DNA of 64,000 bases, taken from the IMG/VR virus record IMGVR_UViG_3300025865_000001. One strand, written 5' to 3'. The notes below the pieces were generated by a model that saw only the letters and a program-made list of their open reading frames with translations, was not told the origin of the DNA and searched no databases. Source of the stretch: an uncultured virus (IMG/VR IMGVR_UViG_3300025865_000001). Taxonomy: Duplodnaviria > Heunggongvirae > Uroviricota > Caudoviricetes. Positions within the stretch are counted from its first letter, which is position 1. Each line of letters opens with the position of its first letter. Below are positions 26,516 through 37,309 of the stretch, piece after piece. The position numbers were made by a program, and so were the translations under genes.

Positions 26516-29317
26516 TTGCAGCAGTTTTACATAGTCAAAACCCACACTAAGAGATTAAAAAATTCCCAATACTCAATAAACTTTGATAATATAAATCACA
26601 TCAGGCGCAATGGTGAACTGGTTGCTATTGGCGAAAGCCAACTTCTGCGTTCTTTATTTAAACTTAAAGGTTTGGATGCCAGTTTGGACACTGTACGTCA
26701 AGCAGTTCAAGAGTTATCAAAAAGTAAACGGCAAAGAGCAAGTAATATTAATAGAATTGATTTGTTGCTCTTCGTTCCCGAAATCGTGTCAGTGGTGGTA
26801 GATAAAAAATCAGAGTATAGACATATTGCCAAGAATGGATTTTTGATTAATGGAAAAAAATATGTAAGGTTACTTTGTGGTGCTGGACATGCCCGCAGAA
26901 ATAGTGCCTTATTTATCCAGGAAGAATTTGAAAAACCTTTAAAAGAATTATTGAATAATGATAGGAACCCTGAAATACAAATAGCACCATCTAAATTCAA
27001 TGCTTATTTTGCACTGTGTTCTTCGGCTACATATCGGGTTTCCGAACCTGAATTTGCTGTAGTAAAAGATTGTGAAATAACCAGAGAAAACTGTGAGGTT
27101 GAACTTGTTGAAGAAATAGATAAGATTCCTAATCCTTATGCTGGTGACAAAGTATATCCTACAAAAATGGATTTGCCATTTAATTTGTTTGATGGCATGG
27201 GTCTTATTTCTCCTCGCCAAGCAAAACTATGGGCTGAGGAATTGGGTCTGGATTATATACCATCAACATTTATTATTCGTAATAACTTTATGAAGGGCAT
27301 GGTAGCGGTCTTTGATTTTCATATGTTTGCAACAGAGTTTGATCAGCGTTGGTTTGCTGATGTATGGGGCAATAAAGTAGATGTGCGCAACGTGGATATT
27401 ATTTTAAGCGAGTCCCAATTAAAAATGTGGAGTGCTTTTATTTCACATTCTGACTATGTTGATAAATGTCGTAAGAACGGTTGGGCATGGGGCGTCTCTC
27501 GTTTTGCTCCGCGCTATGACAGTGACCATATTTTTAGCAACTACCAGTTTTTACAAGTGGAAGATTATTCACAAGATGATATCGAACAATTGTGCCAACC
27601 CACAATTGACTTTTTAAGTGGTTCGATTGGGTCTGATGTAGATATTACGCGCTTGTATCTGATGGGTAAAGTAGCCAACCAATACTATGATTCGGAGATT
27701 GATGTTCTTGGAATGATTTCAGACCCTGTAACAAAAGCCATACTACTCCACGAAGAGATGGTTAAAGACCCCTATGTACAGTCTCATATTCTAAACTCGC
27801 TCAATAAGAAAATCAGAGAGTCTTACTTTGGCAATTTGATTGTTCCTGGAAATTATCAAACTATTGTTAGTGACCCCTATGCATTGTGTGAATATATTTT
27901 TGGGATGGACGTTAAAGGATTGTTGGGTGTGAACGAACATTACTCTACTTATTGGATTAATAAGAATGTATCAAAAGTTGCAGCGATGCGAGCACCTTTA
28001 ACATGGCGCTCAGAAGTTAATATTTTAAATTTTAATAAAGATGTTCTCAAGGAGACGTGGTACAAATACTTAGACAGTGGCGTTATTTATAACGTTCATG
28101 GATACGATTCTATGTTACAAGCTGATAGTGATTTTGATGGCGATTTGGTCATGACTACTAATAATGAACAAATTATTAAAAACGCATGTGGTGGTTTACC
28201 AGTTACATACACCAAAAATAAAACACCAAAAGAAATTATTGATGAAGATAAGTTGTTTGAATATGATGCAAAAGCTTTCGATACTCGAATTGGTTTTATC
28301 ACTAATTGTAGTACAACACTTTATGCTATGTTGGCAAACTATGAATCCGATTCTGTTCAAGGCGCAGAGATTACTAAGCGTCTTAAGATATGTAGGAAAG
28401 AACAGGGCAACCAAATTGATAAAGCTAAGGGTTTGGTCATTGCACCATTTCCAAAATATTGGACAAAATGGACTAGGATAAATCCTAATAATTCGCAATA
28501 TATTGACGAAATTGAACTAAATAATGAGATTTTAATTGATAAACGTCCATATTTTATGCGATATCTATATGGTCATTATAACCGTAGTTTTTTACAACAC
28601 AACAAAAATTTTGATAGATATTGCCAAGCTAACTTTGGAAAAGCATATGAAGAATCAATTGGTGGTTTTCCAGAGATGGAAGTTGTGACTGAAAAATATG
28701 AAAAGTACTCGCCACTCATTGATAATGACTGCACGATGAACAAAATTTGCCATTACATGGAGGAACAGATAAAACAAATACGTGTATCGTTGCCAGCTTC
28801 CATTGAAGACGGAAGTTTACACATCATGAAAGATTCAACCATACCTTTTGACACTGATAAGTATAAACAGATGGAAGAATTGTTTAGAAAATATCGTTCA
28901 GAACGTAGTCGCTTCAATAGGTTGCCGCCAGCGGGAGGGTCTGATGAAGGTAATCATTTATCACGATATAAAACTATTGAACAATATAATCGGGTCATTC
29001 GTTCCGAGGCTGCTTTGATTAGTGAAAATCAAGGTGAACTTGTCAACTTGGCTATTGCAATTTGTTATGAATTATATCCCTCTGATGGCAAAGCATTTGT
29101 TTGGTCAGTATTTGGGGATGCTTTGATTGATAACATCAAAACAAATGTAACCGCAGGAGGCAAGGAAAGTATTTCGGTTCCATTTATTACAACCAATCCG
29201 ACTGATGACGCAGATACGATTTTATATCTTGGTAAAACCTATGCAAATTACGAAGTTTCCATTGGAAAGGTAGATAACGAGTATGATTATATCGAATATC
29301 TTGGCAATGATTTTTAG
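26516..29317 (+). CDS. yonO: YonO-like single-subunit (two-barrel) DNA-dependent RNA polymerase
   Basis: FDGMG, R-x4-KG, RAP and catalytic DSDFDGD motifs, QIDKAK; 933 aa; sits directly before the HU/terminase late operon as in SPbeta. Confidence 0.88.
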   Translation: MQQFYIVKTHTKRLKNSQYSINFDNINHIRRNGELVAIGESQLLRSLFKLKGLDASLDTVRQAVQELSKSKRQRASNINRIDLLLFVPEIVSVVVDKKSEYRHIAKNGFLINGKKYVRLLCGAGHARRNSALFIQEEFEKPLKELLNNDRNPEIQIAPSKFNAYFALCSSATYRVSEPEFAVVKDCEITRENCEVELVEEIDKIPNPYAGDKVYPTKMDLPFNLFDGMGLISPRQAKLWAEELGLDYIPSTFIIRNNFMKGMVAVFDFHMFATEFDQRWFADVWGNKVDVRNVDIILSESQLKMWSAFISHSDYVDKCRKNGWAWGVSRFAPRYDSDHIFSNYQFLQVEDYSQDDIEQLCQPTIDFLSGSIGSDVDITRLYLMGKVANQYYDSEIDVLGMISDPVTKAILLHEEMVKDPYVQSHILNSLNKKIRESYFGNLIVPGNYQTIVSDPYALCEYIFGMDVKGLLGVNEHYSTYWINKNVSKVAAMRAPLTWRSEVNILNFNKDVLKETWYKYLDSGVIYNVHGYDSMLQADSDFDGDLVMTTNNEQIIKNACGGLPVTYTKNKTPKEIIDEDKLFEYDAKAFDTRIGFITNCSTTLYAMLANYESDSVQGAEITKRLKICRKEQGNQIDKAKGLVIAPFPKYWTKWTRINPNNSQYIDEIELNNEILIDKRPYFMRYLYGHYNRSFLQHNKNFDRYCQANFGKAYEESIGGFPEMEVVTEKYEKYSPLIDNDCTMNKICHYMEEQIKQIRVSLPASIEDGSLHIMKDSTIPFDTDKYKQMEELFRKYRSERSRFNRLPPAGGSDEGNHLSRYKTIEQYNRVIRSEAALISENQGELVNLAIAICYELYPSDGKAFVWSVFGDALIDNIKTNVTAGGKESISVPFITTNPTDDADTILYLGKTYANYEVSIGKVDNEYDYIEYLGNDF

Positions 29318-29324
29318 GTGGTAA

Positions 29325-30065
29325 ATGATTATTTTTGATGAAAAGACTTATGCCGAAAGATTATTGAATGGAAAAGCCAGATGGGTTGCTATTTCCCAAA
29401 GAGACCTAAATATATTGGGAAGGTATTTCAAATGGTTAAACATGAGTGCTACGGATATTCAATATCATCTCGTTGAGTATTGTAAAAAAGTTGACCCTAC
29501 CTTCAATGAAGTGGTCATGGGTGATAGAATTGAATATGCGGTGAAGAGCGGTATGACATATCCGCTCCGAATTAGCGAACCCATCCAGATAAGTCGTGGT
29601 GAAATGACTGCTATTAGAAGTCTGAATACTGTAAAGTTACAAAAGTTGTTGTTTGTATTACTGGCTATTTCAAAACACTTTAGTCGCAATGATAATGGTT
29701 TTTATTTTATGGGTACAGATACAGATTTATTTAGACTAGCTCGTTTGGGCAGTATGCGTAAGCATGAACGCATTGAGGCAATCTTTAACTTGAATAGCCA
29801 GAATTACATTCAGACTAATATGTTGGGCGCATATAAAGTGCTTATTGCAGAAGGACTCGATTTTCCTCCTGCTGACGTACAAGTAATTATTTATAATATT
29901 GAAAAAGCTATGGAATATTTTCCATGGCAATGTTCTGTATGTGGCAATGAGGTTTTAGGTAAGCCAAAACGTAGAGACATATGCGATAATTGTTATTCGC
30001 TAAAAAGGAGAGTTGACATAAGAAAGAATGTGCGAAAGACTAGGAAAATTAGTCAAAACATATAA
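29325..30065 (+). CDS. Hypothetical protein with C-terminal CxxC-CxxC and basic tail; possible RNAP partner
   Basis: CSVC...CDNC, K/R-rich end, adjacent to the RNAP gene. Confidence 0.7.
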   Translation: MIIFDEKTYAERLLNGKARWVAISQRDLNILGRYFKWLNMSATDIQYHLVEYCKKVDPTFNEVVMGDRIEYAVKSGMTYPLRISEPIQISRGEMTAIRSLNTVKLQKLLFVLLAISKHFSRNDNGFYFMGTDTDLFRLARLGSMRKHERIEAIFNLNSQNYIQTNMLGAYKVLIAEGLDFPPADVQVIIYNIEKAMEYFPWQCSVCGNEVLGKPKRRDICDNCYSLKRRVDIRKNVRKTRKISQNI

Positions 30066-30209
30066 TGTAATCAGATAAATACGTAGAACTTATATGAAGG
30101 TATATATTAGTAATTATTCAAATAAATAAAGATAGGCAACATCAGGCGACCCCCTGCCGATAAGTGGGGGACTGTAACATCAAAAATTTTAAAACACGAA
30201 AGGTTTAAG

Positions 30210-30518
30210 TTGGATAAAAAAGATTTAATCGCAACAATAGCACATCGTGCTGGTTTCACGCAAAGCGATACTAAGATATTGCTTGATACGATGGTAGAAA
30301 TTTTTCAAGAAGTGCTCGTAAATGGTGAAGAAGTTAAATACGTGGGATTCATGAAAGCCTACGTCACAGATATGGCTTCATACGAAGGATATGACCCGTT
30401 TTCTGAGAAGCGTATTCATATACCAGCAAGAAAACGTGTTGTGTTTCGCACTTCTAGAGTTATTGACCAAGCAGTAAACAAAGCGTTCGAAAATAAGGAA
30501 TTAGAAACAGATGAATGA
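30210..30518 (+). CDS. HU/IHF-family DNA-binding protein
   Basis: KKDLIATIA...GF...GYDP...IHIPARKRVVF pattern. Confidence 0.85.
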   Translation: MDKKDLIATIAHRAGFTQSDTKILLDTMVEIFQEVLVNGEEVKYVGFMKAYVTDMASYEGYDPFSEKRIHIPARKRVVFRTSRVIDQAVNKAFENKELETDE

Positions 30519-31830
30519 ATTTTTGCAAAAACTCACTGAGGCAGAAGGTTCACCTCAAGATAAGTTGTTTAAGTTTTTTGATAAGCACATTGGTGCTAAT
30601 AATTCCAAGAAGTACTGGTCAGGCATCTCCCTTTTAGCAAACAAATTGCTCAATGAAAGCCCGATTTTATCTCAAACAACTCCTCTTGATGAGGAGGAAA
30701 TAAGTTACAATGGGGATAACTCTCGCACTATTAAACGTGACATCGAAATGTCCGAAGAAGAAGCAAGCAGTCCAGTTTCTATTATGACCAAAATGGGTTT
30801 CAATCCCTTGTTGTGGCAAGTCCTCTTGTGCAAAGTAATCCGAGGGCGTTGGGGCGTTACGATGAAGCTGGTAAACTCCAAACTAGTCGATGGTAAAGTT
30901 GTTAAATCATCTACTCCAGAACAGCATACAAACTACAAGTACAGTGTGACTTTAACCGTTAAACCTCTGACTGATAAACTTACCGGTGAAGCTATCCAAG
31001 CCGTATTCTCAAATATCAAGATGCCGAAACTACCAGAATATACATATGATGATGGAAACAAATTACTAGAAATTCCTCTGCTCGATTTTCATTTAGGCAA
31101 GTTAGCTATTTCGGCAGAGACAGGTTTTGCCGCCTATGATATGCAAATTGCTGAGAAATTGTATAAAGATAGTATTATTGATATCTTATCTAAAGTTAAT
31201 GCCTATGGATTCGATGTTGAAGAGATTATATTTCCTGTTGGACAGGATTTTTTTCATATCGATACTCCAAGCGGAACAACCACTGGTGGTACACCTTTGG
31301 ATGTTTCTTCCAATTGGCAAAATGTTTTTGCCAAAGGCATGGAAATTTTAGTCTGGACTGTAGAAGCTTTGCGAGTCATAGCACCTATAAAAATTATGTA
31401 CGTAGCTGGAAATCATGATGAAATGCTATCGTATTGTGCTCTCGTAGGACTTTCACAAATATATAAAGATTGCAAAGATGTTGATGTCAATATCAGCCCA
31501 ACGGCTAGGAAGTATTTTAGCTATGGTAAATGTCTTGTGGGATACTCTCATGGACGCGAAGAAGGTCGGCGTATTGCCGGTATAATGCAAATTGAAGTTC
31601 CTGAACTATGGGGTGAATCCCAATTTAGGGAGTGGCACTTGGGCGACGTTCATCACGAAGAGTCTAAGGAAGACGGTGGCATAATATTCAGACGTATTAG
31701 CAGTATTAGTTCTCCCGACTCTTGGCACGCAAAAAAAGGATATGTGGGAACGCAACGACGCGCCAATGCTTTTGTATGGGATAAAGAAAATGGTTTAGAG
31801 ACCATCATTGTCAGTACCGTAAGAGAGTGA
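30511..31830 (+). CDS. Calcineurin-like metallophosphoesterase
   Basis: DFHLG, GQDFFH, GNHD, HG and GDVHH motifs. Confidence 0.85.
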   Translation: MNEFLQKLTEAEGSPQDKLFKFFDKHIGANNSKKYWSGISLLANKLLNESPILSQTTPLDEEEISYNGDNSRTIKRDIEMSEEEASSPVSIMTKMGFNPLLWQVLLCKVIRGRWGVTMKLVNSKLVDGKVVKSSTPEQHTNYKYSVTLTVKPLTDKLTGEAIQAVFSNIKMPKLPEYTYDDGNKLLEIPLLDFHLGKLAISAETGFAAYDMQIAEKLYKDSIIDILSKVNAYGFDVEEIIFPVGQDFFHIDTPSGTTTGGTPLDVSSNWQNVFAKGMEILVWTVEALRVIAPIKIMYVAGNHDEMLSYCALVGLSQIYKDCKDVDVNISPTARKYFSYGKCLVGYSHGREEGRRIAGIMQIEVPELWGESQFREWHLGDVHHEESKEDGGIIFRRISSISSPDSWHAKKGYVGTQRRANAFVWDKENGLETIIVSTVRE

Positions 31831-31910
31831 AAAAATGAAAACAACAATTATAGGGAGTGCGGTATTTTCACTCCCTAAATTGCTTTAAATAGCAATTTAG
31901 GAGGGATTAC

Positions 31911-32933
31911 ATGCGCATATCTCGAAGAATTCCCACCAAACAAACATTAGCAAACCCAAAGGATAAGGCATCTTTTGATTTGTTAACGAATGGAAGTTAT
32001 GGTTATTGTAGAAAATGCCAACAGGTAAAGCAAAGTGATTTATTTTTTAGTGCTGTTAATGTAGATATTGACAAAAATGGCAGAATGAGTATTTGCAAAG
32101 ACTGCATTTCTGAAATATTAAACAATAACTATACTACCACTAATCATAATATTTTCATAGCAATGTTAAATACATGCAAGACTGTTGATGTTTTATTTTC
32201 TCAAGTAGTTGTGGAACAAACTATGGCTGACCGCAGGGTGGATTTAGGTAAAGGATTGCCTAACACATTTTTTGGTATATATAAGGGAAAGTTATCTACT
32301 ACTTCTTTGAAAAATGGCATTAGTGGTGGCTCATTGGGCAATATGACGTTTATTGACCCTGGTGTTGAAACTAGAGTTATCTTAAACGATAATTCCGAAA
32401 TTAAGCATGATGTCAAAGAGTTTTGGGGAGAGAGTTACGCTCCAAAAGACTATGAATTTCTTGAAAGAGAATATTCTGAGTGGTTTCGAAGGCATGATGT
32501 TAGAACCAAAGAACAAGAACTTTTGTTCAAGTATATCTGTCAATTGCAGTTAGACTATAACCAAAAACGTGCTAGAGGAGAATCCGTTAGCGCTATTCTA
32601 AAAGATATTCAAAAAGCTATGGATATGGTTGGGGCTAGCCCTAATCGTATAAAAGAAAGTAGTACTGACAACTCGGTAAATACTTTCTCTGCATTTATTA
32701 AGAAGATTGAAGAAACAGAACCAGCAGAATATTACAAAGATAAAACACTCTTTAGTGACGTAGATAATATAGCTCAATATTGTGAAGATTATATTACACG
32801 ACCATTATTGAATTTTCTTGGACAAACTCCACCTAGTTTTTATGTAAAGGACGACGGCGAAGGAGGTCATGGCGGCGACTTGTTAGCAGAATTACAAGAA
32901 GACGACTCTGACAGCCTTCTGAATGGAGGCTAA
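31911..32933 (+). CDS. Zn-finger protein, probable terminase small subunit
   Basis: CRKC...CKDC; coupled to the large terminase gene. Confidence 0.6.
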   Translation: MRISRRIPTKQTLANPKDKASFDLLTNGSYGYCRKCQQVKQSDLFFSAVNVDIDKNGRMSICKDCISEILNNNYTTTNHNIFIAMLNTCKTVDVLFSQVVVEQTMADRRVDLGKGLPNTFFGIYKGKLSTTSLKNGISGGSLGNMTFIDPGVETRVILNDNSEIKHDVKEFWGESYAPKDYEFLEREYSEWFRRHDVRTKEQELLFKYICQLQLDYNQKRARGESVSAILKDIQKAMDMVGASPNRIKESSTDNSVNTFSAFIKKIEETEPAEYYKDKTLFSDVDNIAQYCEDYITRPLLNFLGQTPPSFYVKDDGEGGHGGDLLAELQEDDSDSLLNGG

Positions 32934-34729
32934 TGATAAAACCAAACAATCATAATATTCATCATTATGAACCTACCTCCATTAAAACCAGTTACAATCC
33001 AGGTTCCAGTATCAATGACGAGAAAACTGAACGGCTAAAACGTTGGATTACTTTCTATCGTAGAAATATACATCGTTTTATGCAGGATTATATGGGATTG
33101 ACTTTATACCCATATCAAATCTTAATAGTTTGGATGCTACAGCATAGTAGCACTTTTTATGCAGTGGCTTCTCGTGCAAGTGCTAAGTCGTGGCTGATTG
33201 CAGCTTATTCTATTGCTAGGGCTATTTTATATCCTGGAATTAAAGTAATTGTTTGTGCTAAAACACAAAAACAAGCTGGTATTATTATTAACGAAAAGGC
33301 TCGTGCTATGTATAGTGATTCCACTAATCTGCAACGAGAAATTAAGCGTTTTGGTGGTGCTAATAATAGTTTTGAAATTGAATTTTGGAATGGGTCGTAT
33401 ATTAAGGCGGTGACATCAGATGAATCATCAAGGGGAAATCGTGCAAATGATATTATTGTGGAAGAATCACGACTAGTACCAAAAGAAATTCTAGAGAGCA
33501 TTATAAAGCCGTTTTTTGAATTTCGCACACCGCCCTACCGAACTAAAGAGCCGTATAATACTGATGTCGATTATAGAGAAACAAATAATTTATCATATAT
33601 CACATCAGCATATAATACAAATGAACCGTGGTATGACGATGTAAAATCTGTTCTCAAAAGAATAATTCGGGGCGACTCGACAGCGCATTTTGTGGCGCTG
33701 GATTATCTTATATCAGTAAGGCATGGCATAAAAAGTAAACAAACACTTAAAAATGAGATGCTTAACAACAATAGAACTTCTGTTTTACAAGAATACTATA
33801 ATATGCCAACCACAACATCTTCTAAGGCTTTCTTTGATGCAACTTATTTTCATAGGGTTATAAACAAAGCCTTTTATCCGCAAAGGATGGCTACATTTAA
33901 TATTCGTAGGAATCCTTATCAGGTTGCCAAAGTGGAAAATGAACTTCGAATTGTTTCTGCTGATATCGCTACAAGAGCTGGAAAATCTAATGATTTAACT
34001 ATCCTCTCGTGCGTTCGCCTTATTCCTGGAAGACTAGGATATGATAGAGAATTGCTCCACATGGAAGCCCACAGTGGTGTTAGTACCACTAATCAGGCTC
34101 TACGTATTAAACAAATTTTCTTTGATTTTGAATCAGATTTTTTGGTACTTGATACTCAAAATATAGGACTTGGAGTATTCGAACAATTAGGCAAGGCAAT
34201 TACCGACGAAGAAAGAAACGTACCTTATCCTGCTTTCACACTGTGCAATTTAAATTTACTAGATTCCGCACAGCAAGAAGATTACCTTTCTCGTGTGACA
34301 TCTATTGGGGCTTTACCAGTTGTATTTCCCGTCATGGCAAGTGCTTCTCTAAACTCAAGAATCGCAAGTGAATTTAAGTCCGCGTTGCAAAACAAAAAGT
34401 GGGAATTTTTGATTCATCCTGTGGATGCGGAAAACTTCTTGGTTGGCAATCAGCCAGAATATCTTGCAAGCGCATTGGACAGCAATGTGGGTGTATTCTT
34501 TATGAATCCCTACGTTCAGACATCGGCTTTTATAGATGAATGTCTGAACCTAGATATGAGTATGAATAATGGACTCGTAAAACTAGAACGAAAAAATGGG
34601 CGTAAAGATAGGTATACAAGTGTCGCGTATGCTAACCTTTTAGCCGAGATACTTGACCGTGATTTAATTCGCGAGTCGAGTTACGAGAACGAATATAGTG
34701 AGTTATCGTCCTACTTGATAGTAGTTTAA
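32933..34729 (+). CDS. Terminase large subunit
   Basis: Walker A-like ASRASAKS, RGNRA..IIVEE Walker B, nuclease DIA...ND and KDRY. Confidence 0.9.
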   Translation: MIKPNNHNIHHYEPTSIKTSYNPGSSINDEKTERLKRWITFYRRNIHRFMQDYMGLTLYPYQILIVWMLQHSSTFYAVASRASAKSWLIAAYSIARAILYPGIKVIVCAKTQKQAGIIINEKARAMYSDSTNLQREIKRFGGANNSFEIEFWNGSYIKAVTSDESSRGNRANDIIVEESRLVPKEILESIIKPFFEFRTPPYRTKEPYNTDVDYRETNNLSYITSAYNTNEPWYDDVKSVLKRIIRGDSTAHFVALDYLISVRHGIKSKQTLKNEMLNNNRTSVLQEYYNMPTTTSSKAFFDATYFHRVINKAFYPQRMATFNIRRNPYQVAKVENELRIVSADIATRAGKSNDLTILSCVRLIPGRLGYDRELLHMEAHSGVSTTNQALRIKQIFFDFESDFLVLDTQNIGLGVFEQLGKAITDEERNVPYPAFTLCNLNLLDSAQQEDYLSRVTSIGALPVVFPVMASASLNSRIASEFKSALQNKKWEFLIHPVDAENFLVGNQPEYLASALDSNVGVFFMNPYVQTSAFIDECLNLDMSMNNGLVKLERKNGRKDRYTSVAYANLLAEILDRDLIRESSYENEYSELSSYLIVV

Positions 34730-34835
34730 TGGTAACAATGTAGCATCTAGGGTCTGCAGCCCGAAAAACATCCTCTGAATGTCTGTTGCTACATTCTACA
34801 AATTCAGAAACTTATGCAGAGATATGGAGTTTATT

Positions 34836-35522
34836 ATGACATGTGGAATTTATTGTTTTGAAAATTTACAAAATGGTAAAAAATATGTTGGGAAATCTGT
34901 AAATATTGAGAAAAGACATAGGGCGCACGAATATTGTCTTGATGCCAATAAACATACTAATCAATATTTGGCGGATTCTTGGATGAAATATGGAAAGGAA
35001 AATTTTTCCTTTTATATTATAGAAGAGTGCGACGAAAGTTTATTGTCTAAAAAAGAAATTTTTTATATTCTGAATATGCAAACTAGAGCTCCAAATGGAT
35101 TTAACTTTACGGATGGTGGAGAAGGAAAGTCTGGTGCAATTTGCTCGCAGGAAACTCGACAACAATTGTCAGAATCCCATCTTGACAAATATCCAAGCGA
35201 GGAATCTCGCAAAAAAATGTCCGTAAGTCAGAAGCAACGTTTTCTTGACCATCCCGAAAAGCATCCGCTTTTCGGAAAACATCATAGTGAAGAAACGTGT
35301 CAGAAAATGTCAGAAACTAAAATGGGTAAACATCACGGCGAAGAAACTAGGCAGAAAATGTCTGATAGTCGTAAACAATATCTCATCGACCATCCCGAAT
35401 CCAACAAGGGCGAAAAGAATCCGAACTTTGGCAATCACCATAGTGCCGAGGTTCGCCAAAAAATGTCGTTGAGTCATAAACAGTATTGCCTCGACCACCC
35501 AAGAAAGGAGAAAATCAATTGA
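34836..35522 (+). CDS. GIY-YIG homing endonuclease with NUMOD3 repeats
   Basis: GIYCF...YVGKS...R; HHSEETxQKMS repeats; start MTCG. Confidence 0.9.
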   Translation: MTCGIYCFENLQNGKKYVGKSVNIEKRHRAHEYCLDANKHTNQYLADSWMKYGKENFSFYIIEECDESLLSKKEIFYILNMQTRAPNGFNFTDGGEGKSGAICSQETRQQLSESHLDKYPSEESRKKMSVSQKQRFLDHPEKHPLFGKHHSEETCQKMSETKMGKHHGEETRQKMSDSRKQYLIDHPESNKGEKNPNFGNHHSAEVRQKMSLSHKQYCLDHPRKEKIN

Positions 35523-37075
35523 CCGAACAAAATTTAGAAAAAATTAATAATGATGTATCTCCTTCCGAAGAATTAAGTTCTGAGGCTGTGTGGGATATAT
35601 TAAAATTCGCAGAGGGCTACATGGGCTTAGGCAGTATCTTACAATCGCCAATAAACGCCAATCGTATGGACGGATTGGTAAATGGACTTACTGGCTTAGA
35701 TACGGCTTTACAAAGTTCCATAGATAATCCAGAACAACTAATTCTTTATGGGCACACATTAGAATTGCAATCCCAAATTTACCGGCAGTTGCTTTCCTAT
35801 GCCGGAAACATGTTGTCTTTCGATTTTACGTATGTGTCAAGTGCTCGTCACGGTAATACGGATTATTCTAGTAATTTTTATAAACATGACCTGGACGAAG
35901 TAAGAAATTTCTTTGACAGATTTGACTATAAGAAAGAGTTTACTAATGTAACTCGGCAACTTTTAAGAAATGAAGTCTTCTATTGCGTTCCTAGACTTGA
36001 TGGGGAAAAGATATTTTTACAAGAACTTCCAAGAGATTTTTGTCGCATTACAGGAAAAGGTGAGTACTGTTTTCGATTTGCGTTTAATTTTTCATATTTT
36101 GATGGTAGACCCGAATCACTTGTTGGTTTTCCAGCTTATTTTACAGAAACTTACGATGAAATTCAAGCGAATAAACCGACTAAAAGACGCAAATCATCTT
36201 CTGGTAAGTGGGTAGAAATTCCCGTCGATGTGGGATTTATGTTCAAACTGAGCATGGATACATTAAATCAAATTCCAATCTTTTCAGGACTTTTCAGGGA
36301 TTTAATTAATCAGAATCTCATGCGAAATTTACAGAAAAACAGCGATATGGCAGCAGCCCAAAAATTAGTAATTGGACAAGTGGGTAGGATAAAAGATTCA
36401 CAGGCAAAAACTGGAAATAATTTTGATACCGATGCCCGTTTACTTGGAAATTTTTTGGCATTCATGAAAAATGCTTTAGGCGATTCCGTGAAATTAGCTG
36501 CTCTTCCTCTCGAACAAGTACAACCTATCATATTTCCAGGCGACAAGGGTTTATATAAAGACTATTTAAAAACTACTTTGTCTTCAAGCGGTGTCAATTC
36601 AAACTTGATTTTTGCTGATTCGGAGAACAGACCCAATGCTATAGAGACTCAACTGTCTCTTAACGTAGATGAAGAAATGATGGCATCGTCTGTTTACCCA
36701 CAGGCAGAATCGTTTTTAGAAGTATTTGTAAATTTATTTACGAAAAAATACCAGTTTATTTTTAAGTTTGAGGGTACTGATTTTTTCACTAACAAAAAAC
36801 AACGCTTGGATTCCGTGGTGTCTCTCATGAACTACGGATTTTTATTGCCACAGAAGGTGGCGTCTGCGTTGAGCATGAATCCATTTGATTTTTACCGCCA
36901 GATAGACGAGGGCGTTGCCAGTGGTTTTGCCAGCAAACTTGCCCCGTTGATTAACAAAAGTCAAACCTCACAACAAGAATCTGGCAGACCAGTAATGGAT
37001 GACAGCGAATTGAGTGATTCCGGTGAGGAAACACGTGCATCTGGTGCTAATGTTACGAAAGGGGGTACACAATAA
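35519..37075 (+). CDS. Portal protein
   Basis: Size and position after terminase, C-terminal GRP motif; TTG start after AAGGAG (alternative 35486). Confidence 0.75.
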   Translation: MTEQNLEKINNDVSPSEELSSEAVWDILKFAEGYMGLGSILQSPINANRMDGLVNGLTGLDTALQSSIDNPEQLILYGHTLELQSQIYRQLLSYAGNMLSFDFTYVSSARHGNTDYSSNFYKHDLDEVRNFFDRFDYKKEFTNVTRQLLRNEVFYCVPRLDGEKIFLQELPRDFCRITGKGEYCFRFAFNFSYFDGRPESLVGFPAYFTETYDEIQANKPTKRRKSSSGKWVEIPVDVGFMFKLSMDTLNQIPIFSGLFRDLINQNLMRNLQKNSDMAAAQKLVIGQVGRIKDSQAKTGNNFDTDARLLGNFLAFMKNALGDSVKLAALPLEQVQPIIFPGDKGLYKDYLKTTLSSSGVNSNLIFADSENRPNAIETQLSLNVDEEMMASSVYPQAESFLEVFVNLFTKKYQFIFKFEGTDFFTNKKQRLDSVVSLMNYGFLLPQKVASALSMNPFDFYRQIDEGVASGFASKLAPLINKSQTSQQESGRPVMDDSELSDSGEETRASGANVTKGGTQ

Positions 37076-37309
37076 ATGTTTATTATAAACCCTGAAAATG
37101 TGCTGGATTTGAAAGCCTATAAATGCGATATTGAGACATCGGAGTATTTAATTTACAAAAAAGGGATGCCTCTTCTTGCTTTTAATTGGGAAGAAGATGG
37201 CAAGCCTTATTTGTTTGCTATTACAGAACAACTTACCGACGCCTTGAAAGAATACAGTGAGCAAAAAGCAAATAAAGCTAAAAAATCTAGAAAGGAGAAT
37301 ATTGTGTGA
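37076..37309 (+). CDS. Hypothetical protein
   Basis: 77 aa in head operon. Confidence 0.65.
   Translation: MFIINPENVLDLKAYKCDIETSEYLIYKKGMPLLAFNWEEDGKPYLFAITEQLTDALKEYSEQKANKAKKSRKENIV

Noticed and set aside
26516..29317. Eukaryotic-type RNA-dependent RNA polymerase
   Set aside because: Shares the DxDGD fold family, but phage context and synteny fit a YonO-like DNA-dependent enzyme
19714..30080. 15-bp inverted repeat ATTTATCTGATTACA (19714) / TGTAATCAGATAAAT (30066)
   Set aside because: Both copies are intergenic, but a 15-mer match is plausible by chance in 64 kb of AT-rich DNA; no evidence for an invertible segment
34730..35522. Group I intron around the GIY-YIG genes
   Set aside because: Flanking genes appear complete and no intron core was recognised; treated as free-standing endonucleases
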